NCBI RefSeq assembly: GCF_009914755.1 | Contig: NC_060925.1 | Source: the human T2T-CHM13v2.0 reference genome, Homo sapiens | Direction: 5' to 3' (one strand) | DNA length: 64,000 nucleotides | Made by a program: the position numbers and the translations under genes | The notes under the pieces: model-generated | What the model was told of the DNA's origin: nothing | The model's input: only the letters and a program-made list of their open reading frames with translations | Database searches by the model: none | Shown: positions 1-24,491 of the stretch, in pieces | Layout: each line of letters starts with the position of its first letter | Position numbering within the stretch: position 1 is the stretch's first letter

Positions 1-589
1 GCATGCAGGGCATCTGTGTTGGTGTATTTAGTTTGGGTGGCATGAAGTTGGTGTCATTTCAGAGATGAGGACAATTGTTCTGTTTTCTGCCTCTCCATGC
101 CTTTGGTCTACATGCTGTGAAACTTAGTGTTTTCCGTGTTTGGTTGACCTCGGAGGAAAATAAGGCCCTCTGGAATTCAGTAAACAGCTTGTTACAGCAA
201 GTCTCTGTGCCAGAAAGTCTTTGTGCCAGCACACAATCAGCAAAATCCATCAAACATCAACACAGCAGCTCTGTCCTGTGCTTGCCCTGCAAATTCAGAA
301 GCCCCCATGGTGCTTTCCGCTGGCTTCTCGGGCGTTTCTGATTGTCTCAGTACCGAGTGATCTTGGGCACCGCATTATCTGCCACATAATTTAGAACAAG
401 GACATTTGGTGCTTCGCAGATGTCCTCTTCTCTTTGTACCTTAGTAATATTTTATTTTCTCATAACCATTTTAAGATCCATTCTTGTTGCTTTCCTATCA
501 GATGATGTTCTGCCATTTTGGTTTTTTCCCATGCTGTAATTTTTGCCAGCACCTTCCTTGTTGTATAGGTCTTCATTAAATATTTGTCA

Positions 590-3716
<3,127 letters not shown>

Positions 3717-3784
3717 TTATGGGAATGGAACAGAGGAGTGATGGAAGAGATTTGGATCTTTTAAATTGGCAAACAGAAAAATAA

Positions 3785-4097
<313 letters not shown>

Positions 4098-5624
4098 TTA
4101 TTCTGAAGTGTTGCAGTTAGGGATTGGAAACATTTTGAACACAAAGAATATTAGCCTAGTCCTTAATATTGAGTGAATGAGGAACGCAAATTGGAAGGGA
4201 GTCTATGTTGAGAAGAAAATTAAATGATATTTACTTTGAGTAGGGGAGGGGGAGGAAGTGTGGAGTTGGAGGAGTGGACAGTTGTCAGCTGAGATGCCCA
4301 GGTCTAGGAATGAGGCCTCTGGAAGCAAGGTCTTGGCCACCTGGAGGAGCTGGGGAGTTGGCAGAGGTGGTCATTTTGCATGTTACCACAGGGTGGTGCT
4401 GTTGGCTGCAGAAGGGGACATGGTCAGCTGCGCCCTCTGCACTGTAGTGCAGAGTACAGAGCGTTTTCATCCATCAGAATCCCAGGTCCTGGGAGAGTGA
4501 AACGTCTCTTCTCCAGTATTCCAAATAGGGTTCTGACGCCCCAGAAAGCAGTGATTATGAGCTTACCTGATAAGTATGAAAGACATCAGTAAATTCCTGA
4601 ATCCAACTGTAACATAAATTTATTCACATCGTAGCAGTGATTTTATTACCACCTTGAAGGGAGCAGCCTAAAAATTCTCGTTCACCGATCACTTTCCTCA
4701 CTGTGCTATCATCTATTAAAGTTTACTTTAAAATGCAAGATGATGTAGGAATTTCTTCTTAAATTCTTACCAAATAAAAATTAAAAACAATTTATAAATC
4801 CATTCAAATAAAAATTGATAATTATTCAATTCTTACGGACTTCTAAAATTTGCTACCATACATAGCTGTCTTGTGTGTAAAAATAACGTGGAGAAGAGAC
4901 ATTTGAGGCTTTTGATTTAAGAGCTATAAATCAGGACTTGGTCTGAAACTGACACCTGATATTAGGCAGAAAGCTTATGTAATTAGGTAGTATTTGTGTG
5001 ATCTTCCTGTTTGTAACAGCTACGGTCTGAGTAGCTTGTGGGTATATTATATAATTCCTTCCTTGGAGTCTTGTTGAAAAATGAAAGGACAGTAAGACCA
5101 AGACCTCTCAGGTTTGCTGACACTAAAAGTGTACAAACTGTGCCACAGGATCTTAGCCATCCAGGGCACCTTAAGTGTTTCCAAGATCAAGGTGCTGTTC
5201 TGAAACGTATCCTTCTAAGTGTCATGTGAGGCCTTAGAAAGAATGTTTATATGTGTGGCTTAGAGGAAAAAGGTAGAATGAATACTTTGTAAAAAGCTTT
5301 AAGATGAAATAACAATGAAAGGTATATAAAATCTTTGTTTTTAATCCTTATTTAGGACCATTACATACGCAATATGCTTGTGACCCTCCCTGAAGTTGGC
5401 CGTTTTCAGTGAATACATTTAAATAAAAATCTCAAGTTAGGACCTGCCAATTTGGAAAGACTTCATCAACTGACACTTCCATGTGGTTCTTTGCTTAAGT
5501 AGCTTTCATCACGTGATGCTAGTGCCTTTATATCTCACACTTCCAGGCACTTCACAGGCTATCTCCTTCAAGGACAGTGTGCTGTCCATTTTAATCCTAC
5601 CACCTGGCATACTTGGGTGGATAG

Positions 5625-5959
<335 letters not shown>

Positions 5960-6569
5960 TAATTTCCCATTTTCAAGTAGAAAATAAGATTACAAAAGAG
6001 CAATAAAATCCAGAAGTTCAGAGAGTACCAGTTGCCTTTAGCATGTAACTAAATCTTTCCTTTTACTAAGAGTGAGGTAAGAAGTTGAGCCCGCCCCAGT
6101 GATCCTCCCCCTCCTTTGGACTCCTGGTATATGTGGTCCCTGTTCTGGGGATGGGGAAGGTGAGAGAGGTGAGCACATTTTGTTTATCTGTGTATGCTCT
6201 GCTGGTATCAAGGTAAATCTTCTTGAGTAAATGGTTATTGAAGTATTTTGAGTTTCTGTGCTTTTGCCAGATGTGCTCAGCAAATCGTTTGTTATAAACA
6301 TACTTTATCTCTCATACTAGGAAGTGTTTCATTTCAGAATCGTAGCTGTATGTTTGGTAAGAGCCTCTTGATTTTGAAGAATACTTTGCTGTTGCAGTTT
6401 TTGTTGTTGTTAGAGAAGGGGTCTGTGTTGCCCAGGCTGATGTTGAATTCCTGGGCTCAAGCAATTTTTCTACCTAGGCCTCCCCAATTGCTGGGATTAC
6501 AGGCATGAGCCACTGTGCCAGGCACTATTGCGATTTTTTAAACATGGGCTTTTCTATATCTGCACTTAG

Positions 6570-7800
<1,231 letters not shown>

Positions 7801-8164
7801 AGTTTCTTGTGTACCTGTAGAATTTTATCTATCACATACTCATTATCCTTTTTATTTTAACTAAAATGAGATCTACTAAATGTATTGTTCTGCAGCTTGC
7901 TTTTTTTAACTTAATGTTAATATCTTATGTTATCTTTTAACAGCACATGTAGATTTAGATTTGCTTCATCCTTGTTAAGTACAGCTGCTAGTCCAGTGTT
8001 GGAATGTGCCATGCTGTATGTAACCTTCTCCTGGGGGTGGGCATGAAGGTGGTTTTCTGCTTTTGCCCTTGTAAACCATGCCATAATGATCATCCTTGAA
8101 TGCCGCTGTGAGCATATCTGAGCTCCACTTTAAAAGTGATGCACTTTTCATTATACTGCATGTT

Positions 8165-8390
8165 TTTTAATTACTAAACTTTAGTTTTTTAGAGCAGTTT
8201 TAGGTTCACAGCCAAATTCCCGTCTACCTTGACCCACTCGCCACTCCCCAGGCCCCCGCCCCTGGCCATGCATAGCCTCCCCTACTATCAACATCCTGCA
8301 CCAGAATCTGTACCCACATTGACACATCATCATCCAGAGTCCACAGTTTACATGAGGGTTCTCTCTTGCTGTTGTACATTCTACATACAG
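8165..8390 (-). mobile_element. Old L1 (L1MC-like) 3'-end fragment
   Basis: tttttagagcagttttaggttcacagc...acattgacacatcat...tccacagtttacat...ttgtacattct resembles the antisense L1MC 3' end. Confidence 0.65.
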
Positions 8391-8439
8391 TTACATTTGA
8401 TCCAGAGCAGTGTTTTCCTGAAAATCCATGGTTTGTTTA

Positions 8440-9168
<729 letters not shown>

Positions 9169-10336
9169 TTAATTTACTTTAAGCTCATGGAGGGATTTTA
9201 GAGCGTTGAAAGAAATGGAAAGAACAGAACTGGGCTCCCTTTGTGATGTCTTCAGAGGGAAGACAAGCGGAGCGCGCTCCTGCACTACCTGAAGGTGTGC
9301 CTGTTGCATCTGTTTTCCTTTAGTGCCTCAAAAACATTGAGGTTGGTCAGGCATAGAAAAAGATCAGATTGTTGATGCTCACACTTGGAGTTTACAAAGC
9401 ACGTTCCCGTACGTTATCTTGGTGGAGCTTCCTGGTCCCCAGTGCCCAGCAAGGCAGGTGGCATCATCCTGGCTTCACAAACAAGGAGAGACTGAGGCCA
9501 GAGCTCAAGCCCAGCCCTCTGCCTTGCATCCAGTTTTGGCTTCCTGCCCCTCCCCTGCTCTGTGGTAGCAAAAGGCTCCCACACATTTAAGTTACCAGGT
9601 GTTGGATTTAGTCAGTAACCTCTATTATAAGAAATGGATACTTGAAATGTCTACTCCTTCAGGACACTTCGAGAGGTAGGGCTGCAGTCATCACCTGGGG
9701 GTCTGCTCTGGGTGAGGCCCTTGTCCTCACTGTGAACTTGAAAGATCAGTGTGACAGTTTCTTCTCAGATAAGCAATCCCATCTGAAGACCATAGTCTTT
9801 TTTCTTTTTTTCTTATCTTTTTTTTGATAGATTCAGGGTCTCACTATGTTGCCCAAGCAGTACTTAAACTCCTGGGCTCAAATGACCCTCCCACCTTGGT
9901 CTCCCAAAGTGCTGGAATTACAGGTGTGTGCTACCAGCTCCAGTCCCCATAATCTTTTAATTCCTCCGATTTTAGAATAAGTCAGTTATAACTGTAATGT
10001 GTGATTCCGTTTCTCATTTGTCCACTGTTTGATGGCATCCGCATGCCTGGTCCCATACCCGAGCACTGAAGAGCAGGGTCTCTGGAGCCTGGCATCGTGG
10101 GGTGGCCCTCAGCTTCCCCACTCACTGTGGGAAGTTTCCTTAGTTTCTCTGAGCCTGTTTCCTCATCTGTTGCCTGAGGATAAACCTGCTTCAGGATTGT
10201 TGGTGAAAAGACTTCCCTCACCTAGCTTCTGTAACGCCACTGCATGCCACCACTGCTGAGTACTGTTTGTTTGCTAGGTTGGTGTCATTCTCATTTTACC
10301 AGAAAGTGAAGCTCTGAGAGGTCAGACAGCCACTAA

Positions 10337-11253
<917 letters not shown>

Positions 11254-11807
11254 TAAGACTTGGAGTCTGGTTTAAAAAAATTAAAGAAATAAAAATCAAT
11301 GCCTTCTGCTGGTTGAACGGGAAGTGTAAAATCTGAATTCGCTATAGGGTCACAATCCCAGCCTCCAGTTCGCACAGTGCCTTCCTGGTGCTGATGGGGT
11401 GCATGTTCTGTCTTCGCCACTAGGTGGAGGCAGTTGGTAACCTTAAACCTTTTGCTTCTCGTGGTTAAAAGTCTGACAAGAACCGTAGAACCTTTAAGCA
11501 TATTTAACCAGTTTAAGCCCTGTTTGCGATGTTTTAGCCACAAAGATACTGTTCAGTGAACCATTTACAGTTGTGCCTCGCGTTGTCCCACTCTCAGCTG
11601 TGCATCTCACTGTCGCTCTGGAAGACCTAGCCCAGCCAGTTTCTAGGTTAGCATTTGAAATGGTCTTGGCCTGGTTTAACCATCAGTAAATGAGGCCAGA
11701 TTATTATAAACCTTTTCCCCTCAAACTAGGGATCCTCTTTTTCTCTACAATAGTTAAATTGGAAATTGTTTATGTACTCTATTCATTTATTTTGGTGGGT
11801 GACCTGA

Positions 11808-11921
11808 TTTTTTAAATTTTTTAGATTAGTCAAGCACAGTAGTGAGAAGAGGAGAAAGAGTAGAACAAGGTGTAACTGCCTGTGAACGATCAATTGAGAT
11901 AACTCACTGCCTTCGACCAGC
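11808..11921 (-). pseudogene. Y1 RNA (RNY1-like) retropseudogene, antisense in PARK7 intron 6
   Basis: Minus strand reads GCTGGTCGAAGGCAGTGAGTTATCTCAATTGATCGTTCACAGGCAGTTACA-CCTTGTTCTACTCTTTCTCCTCTTCTCACTACTGTGCTTGACTAATCT plus an A-rich tail, colinear with human Y1 RNA as I recall it. Degenerate TSD gtgacctgattt (11799-11810) / gtggcttggttt (11923-11934). Confidence 0.92.
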
Positions 11922-13774
11922 AGTGGCTTGGTTTCTAATGACAGTAAGACAAGTTCCTATAGCCATTGTTAATCTCCTTGGAAAAGAAATGAACACTGTG
12001 TGGTTTCAGAAGCTCATTAATATAGCAGAAGCACTCTGCTTCTGTTTGAAGGGAGGTTTTCAGATGAATTTTTCTGCGTGTTCATTGAACAGACGTTTCC
12101 TAAGCTCCTCCTTAGTGCCTGGCACTGGGAACAGAAGAAGGAAGAAGAGAAAGCTGTGCCCTCAGGGTGTTCTCAGGTCCGCACTGAGCGGTGGTGACCA
12201 GAGCCACCCGCCTGCCTGCGTGGCCGGTGCATCAGGATAGAGCAGGAGTTCACAGAGGAGCTTTGTCACTTCCCCCTCCGCTAAATCTGTTCTGTGGCCC
12301 CACATCACTGAGTGGTGTCACCATCATCCAGTCACCTGGGACAGGCAGCTGGGAGTCATCCTTGAAGCCTCCTCACCTAGGCCTTCATTGCAAACCTCCA
12401 TTTCCTCTGGATCACTGTCACCAGCCTAGTGCAGGCACCACCAGCTTCTACCCAGAGAGCAGGTTCCTTTCCATCTCCTTCTGGTCCCAGCCCAGTCTCT
12501 GTGCGAAGGCCAGACCGCAGAGGGCTCCAGGCCCCGTGACATGGAGTTCAGCGTGACCTTCAGGTGCTGGAGAGAGTTGGCAAGGGCTTTCCATGGGGAA
12601 CTGGCTATGCCCTGCTTTGCACTCTGGACAGTTAGCTTTTGGGTGCTGGGCATGGATCGAAGGGGCGCACAGCCGGAAGGGAGAGCTGTAATCATGCAGA
12701 GATCCTTCCCCTTTAAAGCAGGGGACAGGCGAGAAAGGAGATCGAGTCAAGAATGGTGTTTGGTGCCTTTGACCTCACACTTCAGGGGTGCCTCCTGTGT
12801 GCCATGGATATCATTGGCCAGACAGGGACTGATGAAGACCCAGCCTTTTTAAAGAGTAAACAATAAACAAGGAAATGAAATGTTCATAGATTGTGATAGA
12901 TTGTATCAATGCTGCGAGGGCAGTAAATAGAATGCGGTGATAGAGTCAATAGAGGTACCTAATTTGGGGAGGTGGGGGTGGTCACAGATACCCTCTCTGA
13001 GGGGTTTTTGTTGATGCTGAAACTGAAGGAGCAAGGAACTGGAAAGAGCTGGTCTCTGGGTGGAGGGAGCAGCCCTTGAGCTCTTCCTGGAGCAGGAGAG
13101 AACGTGTTGTATACAGTAAGGGAAGCTCCAGGTGGGAGAGTGATAGGGATGGGTGTGGGGAGGGAGGTTAGGCTCTGTGTGCAGTGGAGAGGCTGGTGAC
13201 TACCTGCTGTGGAGGGGCAGAGCTCAGGGCATCCATGCTCAAGAGTCCCAGTTTTGGTATTATATTTGCCAAGAAATAGCCAACCGGCGGGCCTGGAGGT
13301 GCGGGGATGCGGAAGGAAAGTAGTCCTTGAGAGGGAATGTGGTTTCTACCTGCACACGCACACTCACATGCATACCCGCCTCCATTACGTTGTGCTGTGG
13401 TTGTTTTTGAGGCATCAGAGGGTGTGCGTGCCGCCACATGTTGATTGGGGTGGCTTCTGCGTTCAGCGCTGCCGCATCCCTTCACCCTTCCCCGGCACTT
13501 CAGAATTGACACTTGAGCTTTGTTGTAAATAGTGATGTGAGTAACTGTCATTCACCGACATCTCCCCCAACACTTAAAGTCTTAGCAGCTGCATTTAACT
13601 CACGCATATTTGTTTCATTCTAACAGTGGTTTCTGTCACCCTTTGCTCTGCACAGTTTTAAAAATACCTTTGTAGGGGGCTTCTAAGAGCTTGGAGTGCC
13701 TAGTAAATGTTTTTGAATGGTTAGCTACAGTGTTGGGTTTATATGCTGTAATAGTGAATTTAATTGGTAAGTAA

Positions 13775-13993
<219 letters not shown>

Positions 13994-14345
13994 AGCAGCG
14001 AACTGCGACGATCACTTAGAGAAACAGGCCGTTAGGAATCCATTCTCACTGTGTTCGCTCTAAACAAAACAGTGGTAGGTTAATGTGTTCAGAAGTCGCT
14101 GTCCTTACTACTTTTGCGGAAGTATGGAAGTCACAACTACACAGAGATTTCTCAGCCTACAAATTGTGTCTATACATTTCTAAGCCTTGTTTGCAGAATA
14201 AACAGGGCATTTAGCAAACTACTGATTGTTTCTTGTTTTGTCTCTCATTTCTTTTGTGAAATTAAATTCCGTATCACCTTCATTTGCAGCTCTTAACTGT
14301 CCATATGGCACTGAAATAAAAGAACAGTGACCACATTTTACACAG
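13994..14345 (+). terminator. PARK7: PARK7 3' UTR with tandem polyadenylation signals
   Basis: AATAAA at 14197-14202 followed by a U/GU-rich tract (~14225-14260), ATTAAA at 14261-14266 and a second AATAAA at 14315-14320. Exact cleavage sites cannot be read from sequence. Confidence 0.8.
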
Positions 14346-14442
14346 CAAGGAGGAAAGGCATACAAACAGAATTTAAGAGGCTTGTGATTTTCTCTGCTTA
14401 TTAGCTGTGTGTTTTTAATGTGCTATTAAAAAATACCAATGA

Positions 14443-14750
14443 GGGCTGGGTGTGGTGGCTCATGCCTGTAATCCCAGCACTTTAGGAAACCGAGCCAGGA
14501 GGATTGCTTGAGGCCAGGAGTTCAAGACCAGCCTGGGCAACATAGCAAGTCTCCATCTCTACAAAAAAATACAAAAACTAGCCAGGCATGGTGGCATGCA
14601 CCTGTAGTCCCAGCTACTTAGGAGCCTGAGGTGAGAGGATCACTTGAGCCCCAGGGGGTCAAGGCTACAATGAGCTGTGATCACACCACCGCACCCCAGC
14701 CTGGGTGTCACAGCGAGACCCTGTCTCCAAAAAAAAAAAAAAGAAAAAAA
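14443..14750 (+). mobile_element. AluJ-like just downstream of the PARK7 poly(A) region
   Basis: Full dimer with A tail. Confidence 0.92.
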
Positions 14751-15674
14751 GTTGGCTGTACTGGTGAATTTTTATACACCAGTTCCTTTTTCCATTATGG
14801 AAAGAGTACTTGGATAAAAACTTTTCAAGGTTGGCCCAACATCTCTTTTCCCTTCCCCAGGTAATAGCACCCAGCATTCCTTGTGAACCACCCAGTTCCT
14901 CCTGGGCGGGCACATGATCCAGACCCAGCCAATCCGAGCCCTGTTTACCACTGGCCGTGTGACCCAGGTGAGCTCAGTCAGTCCACGAGACTCCATCCGA
15001 GGGTCTCATAGCTGCTGGAGTGGCCAAGAGGATATGCTGGCAACCCAGAGCACTGGCAGCCGTCTCGTCACTGCCAGCGAAAGACCTGCTTGGGACGGCT
15101 CTCACGCTGTGGGTGGCTGACCCTAGTCCAGAAGGCTGGGCAGATGTTAACTTTTACAATGCAAACACATGTGTAATTGTCTATTTTAGTAAGTGCTTTA
15201 ACAGATGATAATGCTAAGGGAGAGACGATTTCCATGGTGGGGAGTGGGGAGGGAGGTTTCTGAGGAAGTGACATTTCAGGTGTGAAGTAGGAGCAGTGCT
15301 TAGGCTTTCATTCCTTCCCCAGCTGTGTGCTCAGTCAGTACCTACTGTGTGCCAAGTGCTGTTCCTGCTGCTGGGAATACGCCAGGGAGAAACACAGCCT
15401 TTGTCCTTGGGGAGCTTATGTTGTGGGTGCCGGGGAGAGATGAAAGCAAATACGAAAATACCCACATTCTATGAAGAAAATTAAGGAGGGTAAGGAGGCA
15501 GTGACAGGGGAATTGCATGATGGGAAGTGAAGGCCTCTCCGAAAAGAGATATTAGTGGGAATCTGAGGACTTTTGGGTGTGAAAGAGACAAGTAGGTGTC
15601 TGTTCAGAGCATACCAGGCAGCAGGAGCAGGGAGTGTAGAGGCCCTGCCGCAGGAGCATTGAGAGGCGGGTTAG

Positions 15675-17741
<2,067 letters not shown>

Positions 17742-19027
17742 CTACAGGAAGGGAGATAGTGAAAGAAATTGGCTCTTTGAGTTTTTGTGCCCTCAGGGCA
17801 GCAGGAAAAGGTGTTTCTAGATGAGCATTTCTAAAAGAGCATCTCTAAGGTAAATCAGTATTATCAGAGCCCAGGCATTGTAGTGAAGATTCATTTCCCT
17901 TTCTCTGACAGTGTTTGGGATGGGGGCTCCAGGAACCAGCTTTATCTAAACCTTGGGCTTTTTCTGGTCCTTCTTGAATGACTAGCTTTTGGCATGTTGA
18001 TAACATTTTTAAAACCTCCACTCTCTCTTATCTGTCCACTTCTTTCCCAGGCTGAACAAACTTGCTTCCTAAACTTCTGGTCGGGGAGGGGACAAACAAA
18101 AATTGGGAACTTAAGTGGGAGGGGTGCTATCTACAGTTGAAAAGTGACCTGGAGTCAGAATTCAGATGTGTGATTAAGATGTGTGGCAGGTGGCTTGACT
18201 GTGCTCCTCCTGATTTGGGGGTGAGGGTGTGACAGGCGTGAGCCACTGTGCCCAGCCGATTTTCTTTCACTCTTTATACAAAAGGATCAACTTCTATCCA
18301 GAATCCCAAGAGGGGTTGCATTCTTCTGCCCCTGCTTTTTCACTTGTCATATCTTCGAGAACTTCTACCAGTTTGTGGACATTTATGTGCTGCATCTCCA
18401 ACTCTGTCTGACCAGTAACCCTAGAAAAAGTGGTCATTGGTATCATCCATTGCAGAGAAGAAAGTCTTTCTAGAGGTCAAGAGCCTACTGGGCCTATGCC
18501 ATAGGATTCATTTCTGTAACTGCAACATCAAATGTAAAATATGATTTTACTTTAGTAGCCAACTGTATCATCTGAGTCTGGTTACTTACTCTATATTCTA
18601 GGGTGTTGGTTTCCTAAGGAATGAGGAGGACATCATGTTCTCCTGCAGTCAGTTCTCCTGTAGAATTAGCTTGTTTTTTTTAGAAAACACCCTCCCTTTT
18701 TAGAGGGAAGCAGCAGCAGGGACCTGGGCATTCAAGGAGTGCTGGGGGGGATCTGGGCTGCTCTCAGACTCTTCCCTGTTTATTAGCTACAGCATCTTCC
18801 CCATGCACACAAGGAGTCTGTCAGCACAGTGCAGAGGAAGGGGCTGTTCCTTTTCACATCTGGGCTGGACACATTCTTCACGGTTCCAGCATGAGGCCTT
18901 TCCAGAGCTGGCCCTTTTCCCAGACCCTAGCTTGAGTCCCAAGGCATCCAGGCTGGGGCCAAGGGCTCTTATGGGACTGAGCACTAAGGAAGGTCTTTAG
19001 CACTGGGAAGAATGTGAATGCTGGATT

Positions 19028-19646
19028 CACCACCATCACCATCACCACCACCACAATCACTATCACCATCTCCATCATCATCAACATCCCCACTGTTGTC
19101 ACCACCACCACCATCACTATCACCATCATTACCATCACCATCACCATCATCACCATCACTACCACCGTCATCACCATCACCCTCACCACCCTCACCATCA
19201 CCCTCACCACTATCACCACACTCACCACCACCATCACCATCACCACCATCATTACCACCAGCATCACCCTCACCACCATCACCATCACCACCACCATCAC
19301 CTTCACCACCACCACCACCATCACCACCAGCATCACCCTCACCATCACCCTCACCACCACCATCACCACACTCACCACCACCATCACCATCACCACCAGC
19401 ATCACCCTCACCACCACCATCACCATCACCACCACCATCACCTTCACCACCACCACCACCATCACCACCAGCATCACCTTCACCATCACCCTCACCACCA
19501 CCATCACCACTACCAACACCATCACCCTCACCACTACCATCATCACCATCACCACCACCATCACCATCACCCTCACCACCACCATCACCATCAGCATCAC
19601 CACCACCACCACCACCGTCACCATCATTATCACCACCATCATCATC
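19028..19646 (+). repeat. (CAC/CAT)n trinucleotide-phase low-complexity array, ~620 nt
   Basis: Continuous caccaccatcaccatc... in strict 3-nt phase. It is the source of the T/I, P/S, G/D and V/M ORF-track entries. Confidence 0.97.
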
Positions 19647-19817
19647 TTTTTCACTTCTTGCAGCTTGCAGGTTCCCAAACAAGTCCCGGACCAGCTGATC
19701 AGATGGGATCTCCCCACAGGGCTGCATACCTGCTGGGCCTCAGACATTCAGCTACTTCACAGAGCTGCTTTATTTTGCTTTGCTGTTTCAATTCTGCATG
19801 TGATCACATTCTCAGGG

Positions 19818-22335
<2,518 letters not shown>

Positions 22336-23269
22336 TCCTCTATTAATGGATTTCCCCCATTAAATTTTTTTATTGCAGTAAAATACATACAACATGAAAT
22401 GTACCATCCTAACCATTTTAAGTATACGGTTCGGTGGTATTAGATACATTCATCCCGTTGTGCAAGCATCAGCACCATCCATCTCCCGAACTCTTTTTCA
22501 TCTTGTAAAACTGAGACTCTGTATCCAGTAAACACTAACTTTCCTTCCCCCTACCCCTAGCCCCTGGCAACCACCATTCCACCTTCTCTCTCTGTGAATG
22601 AGAGTACCCTCAGTACCTCCTCTCCGTGGAATCACATAGTATTTGTCTTTCTGTGACTGGCTTATTTTACTTAGCAAATCATCCTCAACGTCCATGTTGT
22701 GGCATGTGTTAGAATTTCCTTCCTTTTTTTTTTGAGACCGAGTCTCGCTCTGTTGCCCAGGCTAGAGTGCGGTGGTGTGATCTTGGCTCACCGCAACCTC
22801 CGCCTCCCAGGTTCAAGCGATTCTCCTGCCTCAGCTCCCAAGTAGCTGGGATCACAGGCGCGCGCAACCACACCAGGCTGATTTTTGTATTTTTTGTACA
22901 GACGGGGTTTCGCTGTGTTCTTCAGGCTGGCCTCAAACTCCTGACATCAAATGATCCGCCCGCCTTGGCCTCTGAAAGTGCTGGGATTACAGGCGTGAGC
23001 CACTGCCCCTAGCCCATAATTTCCTTCCTTTTTAAGGCTGAATAAAATTTAAGTGTATGTATGTTCCACATTTTGCTTATCCTTTCATCCCTTTATAGAT
23101 TCTTGGGTTACTTCCACCTCTTAGCTATTGTGAATAATGCTGCTGTTAACATGGTGTCCACAGCTCTTCCGGACCCTGCTTTCGATTCTTTGGGGTATAC
23201 ACGCAGAAGTGGAATTGCTGAATCATATGGTCATTCTCATTGTGGTTTTGGTTTGCATTTTCCTAATGA

Positions 23270-23653
<384 letters not shown>

Positions 23654-23874
23654 TAATAGAGATGGGGTTTCATCATGTTGACCAGGCTGGTCTTGAATTC
23701 CTGGCCTCAAGTGATCCACTTGCCTCAGCCACCCAAAGTGCTGGGATTACAGGCGTGAGCCACTATGGTTGACCCACGCATAAGCCAACTTTAATGTTTT
23801 TCAATAAAGTTTTGTAATTTCCCCATTAAGCGTTTACACATCTTTTGGATTTATTGTTGGTATTATTAGGTCTG

Positions 23875-24214
23875 TCTTTTTTTCTTTCTTCTTTCTCTCT
23901 TCTCTTTCTTTCTCTTTTCTTTCTTTTTCTTTCTTTCTCTCTCCCTTTCTTTCTTTTTCTCTCTTTCCTTTTCTTTCTCTCTCTCCCTTTCCTTTCCTTT
24001 TCTTTTTCTCTTTTTTTCCTTTTCCTTCTTTCTCTTTCTTTCTCTTTCTCTCTCTCTCTTTCTTTCTCTTTCTCTCTCTCTCTTTCTTTCTTTCTCTTTC
24101 TCTCTCTCTCCTTCCTTCCCTCCCTCCCTCCCTCCTTCCTTCTTTCCTTCTTTCTCCTTTTTCTTTCTTTCCTCCCTCCCTCCCTCCCTTCCCTCCTTCC
24201 TTCCTTTCTTTTTC
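23875..24214 (+). repeat. 340-nt uninterrupted polypyrimidine tract: (TTTC)n/(CT)n/(CCTT)n/(CCCT)n
   Basis: No purine seen on the + strand between 23875 and 24214. Confidence 0.96.
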
Positions 24215-24354
24215 ATTGTTAATTCCTTTTTTAAATTGTTTTCTGATTGTTGCTGGTATATAGAAATACAGATACTTTTATTTACTTATTTACTTTTTTA
24301 AGAGACAGGGTCTTCCTCTGTCACGCAGGCTGGAGTACACTGGTGTGATCAAAT

Positions 24355-24491
24355 TTATGACCTGCTTTTAGGCAAAAAGGGGGAGGGCAGAGAACTCTTT
24401 CTGGATCTGTTGATTCTCAATTGCCTTCAGCTCAAAATAATCTTTATGTCAAAGTCGCATATTCTGTGGTGGCCTGTCCGGATCCCCTTCA
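24355..24491 (-). mobile_element. ERV1 (MER34/MER39-like) LTR 5' fragment
   Basis: Minus strand starts TGAAGGGG...GCCACCACAGAATATG...TTTGACATAAAGATTATTTTGAGCTGAAGGCAATTGAGAA, resembling MER4-group LTR starts. Confidence 0.55.

Noticed and set aside
180-193. 14-mer gtaaacagcttgtt also present at 40860-40873
   Set aside because: Several 14-nt matches are expected by chance in 64 kb, and the match does not extend.
9184-9294. Possible 111-nt cryptic PARK7 exon (aag| ... AAG|gtgtgc) containing the palindrome ggagcgcgctcc
   Set aside because: Both splice sites are weak and there is an in-frame stop after 8 codons. Not supportable without RNA data.
23845-24222. Leu/Ser/Phe and Lys/Glu/Arg ORFs
   Set aside because: Translations of the CT tract.
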